Assembly: GCA_963823035.1 (NCBI GenBank)
Contig: CAWGKG010000006.1
Location: 1 to 21,758, forward strand
DNA length: 21,758 bases
From: an uncultured Gemmatimonadales bacterium
GTDB lineage: Bacteria > Gemmatimonadota > Gemmatimonadetes > Longimicrobiales > Gaopeijiaceae
Direction of reading: 5' to 3'
Under the pieces are notes generated by a model that saw only the letters and a list, made by a program, of their open reading frames with translations, was not told the DNA's origin and did not search any database. Shown here one piece after another: positions 17,815 through 21,758 of this stretch (position 1 is the first letter of the stretch; every line of letters starts with the position of its first letter). Position numbers and translations under genes: made by a program.

Positions 17815-20379
17815 ATGAAGCCGATACTGACCTTCCAGGTCGCCCCCGTCGTGCCGGCCCGCTTGAAAGCCCTCCGTGAGCTGGCCTACAACATCTGCTG
17901 GTCGTGGGACCACGATACCATCGCCCTCTTCCGGCGCCTCGATCGTGACCTCTGGGAGGCGTCCTACCACAACCCCGTGCTCCTTCTCGACCGGGTGTCC
18001 CAGGCGCGCCTCGAGGAGTTGGAGCACGATGAGGCGTTCCTGGCCCACCTGGACCGTCTCGAGGCCGAGCTGCAGGACTACCTGCAGTCCCCGTCCACCT
18101 GGTATCGCAGGACGTTCGGTGCGTCCGACGGGCCCCTCGTGGCCTACTTCTCCATGGAGTTCGGGCTGACCGAGTCCCTCCCCATCTATTCCGGCGGGCT
18201 CGGGATCCTGGCCGGCGACCACCTCAAGTCGGCGAGCGACCTGGGTGTTCCGCTGGTCGCCGTTGGCCTGCTGTACCAGAAGGGGTACTTCCGGCAGTAC
18301 CTGAACAACGAGGGGTGGCAACAGGAGCTCTATCCGGTCAACGACTTCTACACGATGCCGGTCCTGCCCATCCGCGACGCGAAGGGCGGCCTCCTGCGCA
18401 TCACCGTGGACCTGGCCGGGCGCGTGCTCACGGCGCGGCTCTGGCAGGTGCAGGTGGGGCGAGTGACGCTGGTACTGCTCGACACGAACATCCCGGAGAA
18501 TCCCGACGACCTGAAGGGCGTGTCCGGCGAGCTGTACGGCGGAGATGGTGAGATGCGCATCCGTCAGGAGATCCTGCTGGGCGTGGGAGGGCTCCGGGCG
18601 CTGAAGCTCCTGGGACTGAAGCCCCGGGTGTACCATATGAACGAGGGACACTCGGCCTTCCTCGCTCTGGAGCGCATCCGCTGGAACATGACGGAGCACG
18701 GGATGTCCTTCGGCGAGGCCCGCGAGATGGTCACCTCGGGCACGGTCTTCACCACGCACACGCCGGTGCCGGCGGGCATCGACGTCTTTCCCGCCGACCT
18801 CATGGAGCGCTACTTCGCCGCCTTCCGCGGCGAGCTGGGGATGCCCTCCGACGCGTTCTTCGACCTGGGGCGTGTCCGCCCCGGCGATGCCTCCGAACCG
18901 TTCAACATGGCCGCGCTGGCCATCCGATGCTCGTGCGTCGTGAACGCGGTGAGCCGGCTGCACGGCCAGGTCGCACGCCGCATGTGGCCCGCGCTGTGGC
19001 CCGGCGTGCCGGAGGAGGAGATGCCGATCACCCACATCACCAACGGCATCCACGCCGGTTCGTGGATTTCCGACGAGATGCGCTCCCTGTACGACCGGTA
19101 CCTGGGACCTCGCTGGGCCGAGGAGCCGGGGGACGCACGGGTGTGGCGGCGCGCCGAGCAGATCCCCGGCGCGGAGCTGTGGCGCACGCACGAGCGGCGG
19201 CGAGAGCGGCTGGTGGCCTTCGCGCGTCGCCGGCTCGGCGCGCAGCTCCGCCGACGTGGCAGCGCCCCGGGGGCCCTGGCCGAGGCCGAGAACGTGCTGG
19301 ACCCCGAGGCCCTGACGATCGGCTTCGCGCGGCGCTTCGCCACGTACAAGCGGGCCACGCTCCTGCTGAGCGACCCGGCGCGGCTGAGCGCCATCCTGAA
19401 CGCCGCAGGCCGGCCGGTCCAGGTCATCTTCGCCGGCAAGGCCCATCCCAACGACGGGCCGGGCAAGGACCTGATCCGCGAGGTCGTCCAGTTCGCCGAA
19501 CGTCCGGAGTTCCGCCGCCGGGTGGTGTTCCTGGAAGACTACGATTCGGTGGTCAGCCGGTACCTCGTGCAGGGGGCGGACGTCTGGCTCAACACGCCGC
19601 GCAGGTATCAGGAGGCCAGCGGCACCAGCGGGATGAAAGCCGCCTTCAACGGAGCCCTGAACCTGAGCATCCCCGACGGCTGGTGGGACGAGGCCGCGTC
19701 GCCGCGCACCGGCTGGGCCATCGGACGGGGCGAGGACTACGACGATCCCGCGTATGGGGACCGCGTGGAGGCCAGCATGCTGTACGACCTGCTGGAGCGC
19801 GAGGTGGTACCCCTCTTCTACGCCCGCTCGAGCGACGATCTACCCACCGGATGGATCGGCTTGATGAAGAGCGCGATGGGAGAGCTGTGCCCCGTCTTCA
19901 ACACCAACCGGATGGTGCAGCAGTATGTGACCGACGCCTACCACGTCGCACGGGACCGGGCCGTCTGCCTGGAGGCCGACGACTTCCGGCTGGCCCGCTC
20001 GCTGGCCGCCTGGCGGGACAAGGTCCGGGCTGGCTGGCACCAGGTGCGGGTGGTCGACGTAACGGCCGAGATGCCGGGCGACGTAAAGGTGGGGGCCCGC
20101 TTGGAGGTGCAGGCGCTCGTCGATTCCGGACCCTTCGTGCCCGCGGAGCTGACCGTGCAGGCCTGGATCGGCGAGGTCGACGAGCATCAGGAGATCGCCG
20201 GGGGACGGCCCGTGCCGCTGACGTGCGAGGACGAGGACAAGGGCGGCCGTCTCGTCTTCCGCGGCTCCATCGACTGCCTCCGGAGCGGCCGGCGGGGGCT
20301 GACCGTGCGGGTGCTACCGCATCATCCGGACCAGGCCGGTCCGTGCTGTGGCGCCCCGGTGATCTGGGCGGGACCATGA
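17815..20379 (+). CDS. glgP: Alpha-glucan (glycogen) phosphorylase
   Basis: VAYFSMEFGL..SLPIYSGGLGILAGDHLKSASDL, HMNEGH, FTTHTPVPAG, ITNGIH, GFARRFATYKRA, FAGKAHP, DVWLNTP and the PLP-lysine motif EASGTSGMKAAFNG. Confidence 0.97.
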   Translation: MKPILTFQVAPVVPARLKALRELAYNICWSWDHDTIALFRRLDRDLWEASYHNPVLLLDRVSQARLEELEHDEAFLAHLDRLEAELQDYLQSPSTWYRRTFGASDGPLVAYFSMEFGLTESLPIYSGGLGILAGDHLKSASDLGVPLVAVGLLYQKGYFRQYLNNEGWQQELYPVNDFYTMPVLPIRDAKGGLLRITVDLAGRVLTARLWQVQVGRVTLVLLDTNIPENPDDLKGVSGELYGGDGEMRIRQEILLGVGGLRALKLLGLKPRVYHMNEGHSAFLALERIRWNMTEHGMSFGEAREMVTSGTVFTTHTPVPAGIDVFPADLMERYFAAFRGELGMPSDAFFDLGRVRPGDASEPFNMAALAIRCSCVVNAVSRLHGQVARRMWPALWPGVPEEEMPITHITNGIHAGSWISDEMRSLYDRYLGPRWAEEPGDARVWRRAEQIPGAELWRTHERRRERLVAFARRRLGAQLRRRGSAPGALAEAENVLDPEALTIGFARRFATYKRATLLLSDPARLSAILNAAGRPVQVIFAGKAHPNDGPGKDLIREVVQFAERPEFRRRVVFLEDYDSVVSRYLVQGADVWLNTPRRYQEASGTSGMKAAFNGALNLSIPDGWWDEAASPRTGWAIGRGEDYDDPAYGDRVEASMLYDLLEREVVPLFYARSSDDLPTGWIGLMKSAMGELCPVFNTNRMVQQYVTDAYHVARDRAVCLEADDFRLARSLAAWRDKVRAGWHQVRVVDVTAEMPGDVKVGARLEVQALVDSGPFVPAELTVQAWIGEVDEHQEIAGGRPVPLTCEDEDKGGRLVFRGSIDCLRSGRRGLTVRVLPHHPDQAGPCCGAPVIWAGP

Positions 20380-21758
20380 CACGCTCCGGCACGGTCCGGT
20401 TCCTCCTGCTCCTCGCCCTGGTCACGCCTGCGCCCGCGCTTGCCCAGGCTTCGCTCGAGTCCCTCGAGATGCGGGAGGGCCACCGCCAGGCGGCCGTCGC
20501 GCGGCGCGCCGAGCTCATGCGCCGCATGGAGGGGGGGTTGGCCGTCGTCACCAGCGCCGACCGCTCCCAGCCGAACCTCTACGAGTTCTACGTGCCCGAC
20601 ACGGAGAACCACGACTTCGTCTTCCTCACCGGGATCTACGACGCGGCTCCTCCGGGATCGGTCCTGCTGCTGAACCCGGGCGGGTCCACGTACCGGGAGA
20701 TCCTCTACACGGACCTCGATCCGGAGGAGGCCCGCCGCCTCTCGGGTGTCGAGCACGTCTTCCCGCGCGATCGCTTCCTGGAGCACCTGAGCAGCGCGCT
20801 GACCGACTACCGCAACCTCCGCATCACGCAGCTCCGCTTCAAGGACGTGGCGTCGGACCTCGCCCGGGGGTGGGGGGACGACGGGAAGATCCTCTACGTG
20901 AACTATCCCCGCGTCACGAACCTGAACGAGCCGGCGCTCCCGCGCCTCCGGTTCGTCGAGCGTTTGCGGGAGGCGACGTCGGAGCTGGACGTGCGCGACG
21001 CCGGCGACCTGCTGGACCCCATGCGCATGGTGCTGGACGACTTCGCCCTGAAGAACGTGCGCCGGGCCATCGAGATCACGGGCCAGGGCCTCATGGAGGG
21101 GATGAAGGTGGCGCGGCCCGGGCTCACCACCCGGCAGGTGATGGAGACGGTGGACTACGTCTACCGGCTACGCGGCGCCGACCTCGGCTTCCCCACCGGC
21201 GTGGCCGTGGCCAGCCACCTGAACGAGACGCTCCGCTGGGAGAGCACGCGGGAGGAGCAGGCTGCCCGGGAGGGGGACGCACGCATCGGCGAGGGCGTGC
21301 TCGTGCATTTCGACACGGGCGCCCGCCTCAACCACTACTCCGCCGATATCCAGCGCACCGTGCCCGCGGGGGACCGCTTCACCGACGAACAGCGCCGCGT
21401 CTACCAGGGCGTGCTGGAGGTGCAGAAGGCGGTGATCGCCGCGGTCCGGCCGGGGGTGACCTGGCAGGAGCTCCACGAGCTCGCCGTCTCGATGCTGCGC
21501 GAAGCGGGTGGCTGGGACGAGAGCTACACCTACGGCATCGGGCACTACATCGGGATGGAGGTCCACGAGCACGGGAACTATGTGGAGCCCCTGCGGCCGG
21601 GCATGGTCCTGGCCATCGAGCAGGGCGCGATCGTGGACGGCACCCGGGTGGCCTTCGAGGACGACGTGCTGGTCACCGAGGACAGCTACGAGTGGCTCAC
21701 GCGCTTCATCCCCATCGAGATCGACGACGTGGAGGCGCTGCGCCGGCAGGAGCCCCTG
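20376..21758 (+). CDS. Secreted Xaa-Pro aminopeptidase (M24B family), partial at the right edge
   Basis: Not in the ORF track because there is no stop in the window. ATG 20376 overlaps the glgP TGA. Signal peptide MTRSGTVRFLLLLALVTPAPALA/Q, AMP_N-like RRAELM...DFVFLTG, and metal ligands FDTG, ADIQRT, GIGHYIGMEVH, LAIEQG, FEDDVLVT. Confidence 0.88.
   Translation, partial: MTRSGTVRFLLLLALVTPAPALAQASLESLEMREGHRQAAVARRAELMRRMEGGLAVVTSADRSQPNLYEFYVPDTENHDFVFLTGIYDAAPPGSVLLLNPGGSTYREILYTDLDPEEARRLSGVEHVFPRDRFLEHLSSALTDYRNLRITQLRFKDVASDLARGWGDDGKILYVNYPRVTNLNEPALPRLRFVERLREATSELDVRDAGDLLDPMRMVLDDFALKNVRRAIEITGQGLMEGMKVARPGLTTRQVMETVDYVYRLRGADLGFPTGVAVASHLNETLRWESTREEQAAREGDARIGEGVLVHFDTGARLNHYSADIQRTVPAGDRFTDEQRRVYQGVLEVQKAVIAAVRPGVTWQELHELAVSMLREAGGWDESYTYGIGHYIGMEVHEHGNYVEPLRPGMVLAIEQGAIVDGTRVAFEDDVLVTEDSYEWLTRFIPIEIDDVEALRRQEPL

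Noticed and set aside
16206..19446. Long minus-strand ORFs (536 aa and 640 aa) opposite the protease and glgP
   Set aside because: Antisense shadows of strongly supported plus-strand genes.
1..21758. CRISPR arrays, tRNA/rRNA, IS elements, and a RiPP precursor peptide for the ATP-grasp enzymes
   Set aside because: No periodic direct repeats, RNA-gene signatures, transposase motifs or small repeat-rich precursor ORF were visible. Intergenic gaps are all under ~140 nt.

Overview
Very GC-rich bacterial DNA. The lipoprotein signal style and Ig-repeat lipoproteins are consistent with Gemmatimonadota (inference only). The window has four parts. (1) A minus-strand polyphosphate-related operon: a DUF4956-like membrane protein (frameshifted), an SdiA-regulated/YjiK-like secreted propeller, an unusually long PPK1 with a ~370-aa N-terminal extension (degenerate CYTH-like plus possible NUDIX-like domain), and the start of a secreted protein at the window edge. 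(2) A stand-alone BRCT protein and a small frameshifted lipoprotein. (3) A divergent seven-gene cluster: four ATP-grasp enzymes, two alpha/beta-hydrolase esterases (one with a CBM48/E-set-like N-domain) and a peptidase S51/GATase-like protein, around a dyad-symmetric intergenic region. This is the best candidate for an uncharacterised biosynthetic or polymer-modification system. (4) A DinB-family gene, an Ig-repeat/CARDB/PPC/leishmanolysin-like lipoprotein protease, glycogen phosphorylase glgP and a secreted M24 aminopeptidase that runs off the window. About nine frameshifts, mostly +1 and several in short homopolymers, break four genes and are most likely read or assembly errors. No RNA genes, CRISPR arrays or mobile elements were seen.
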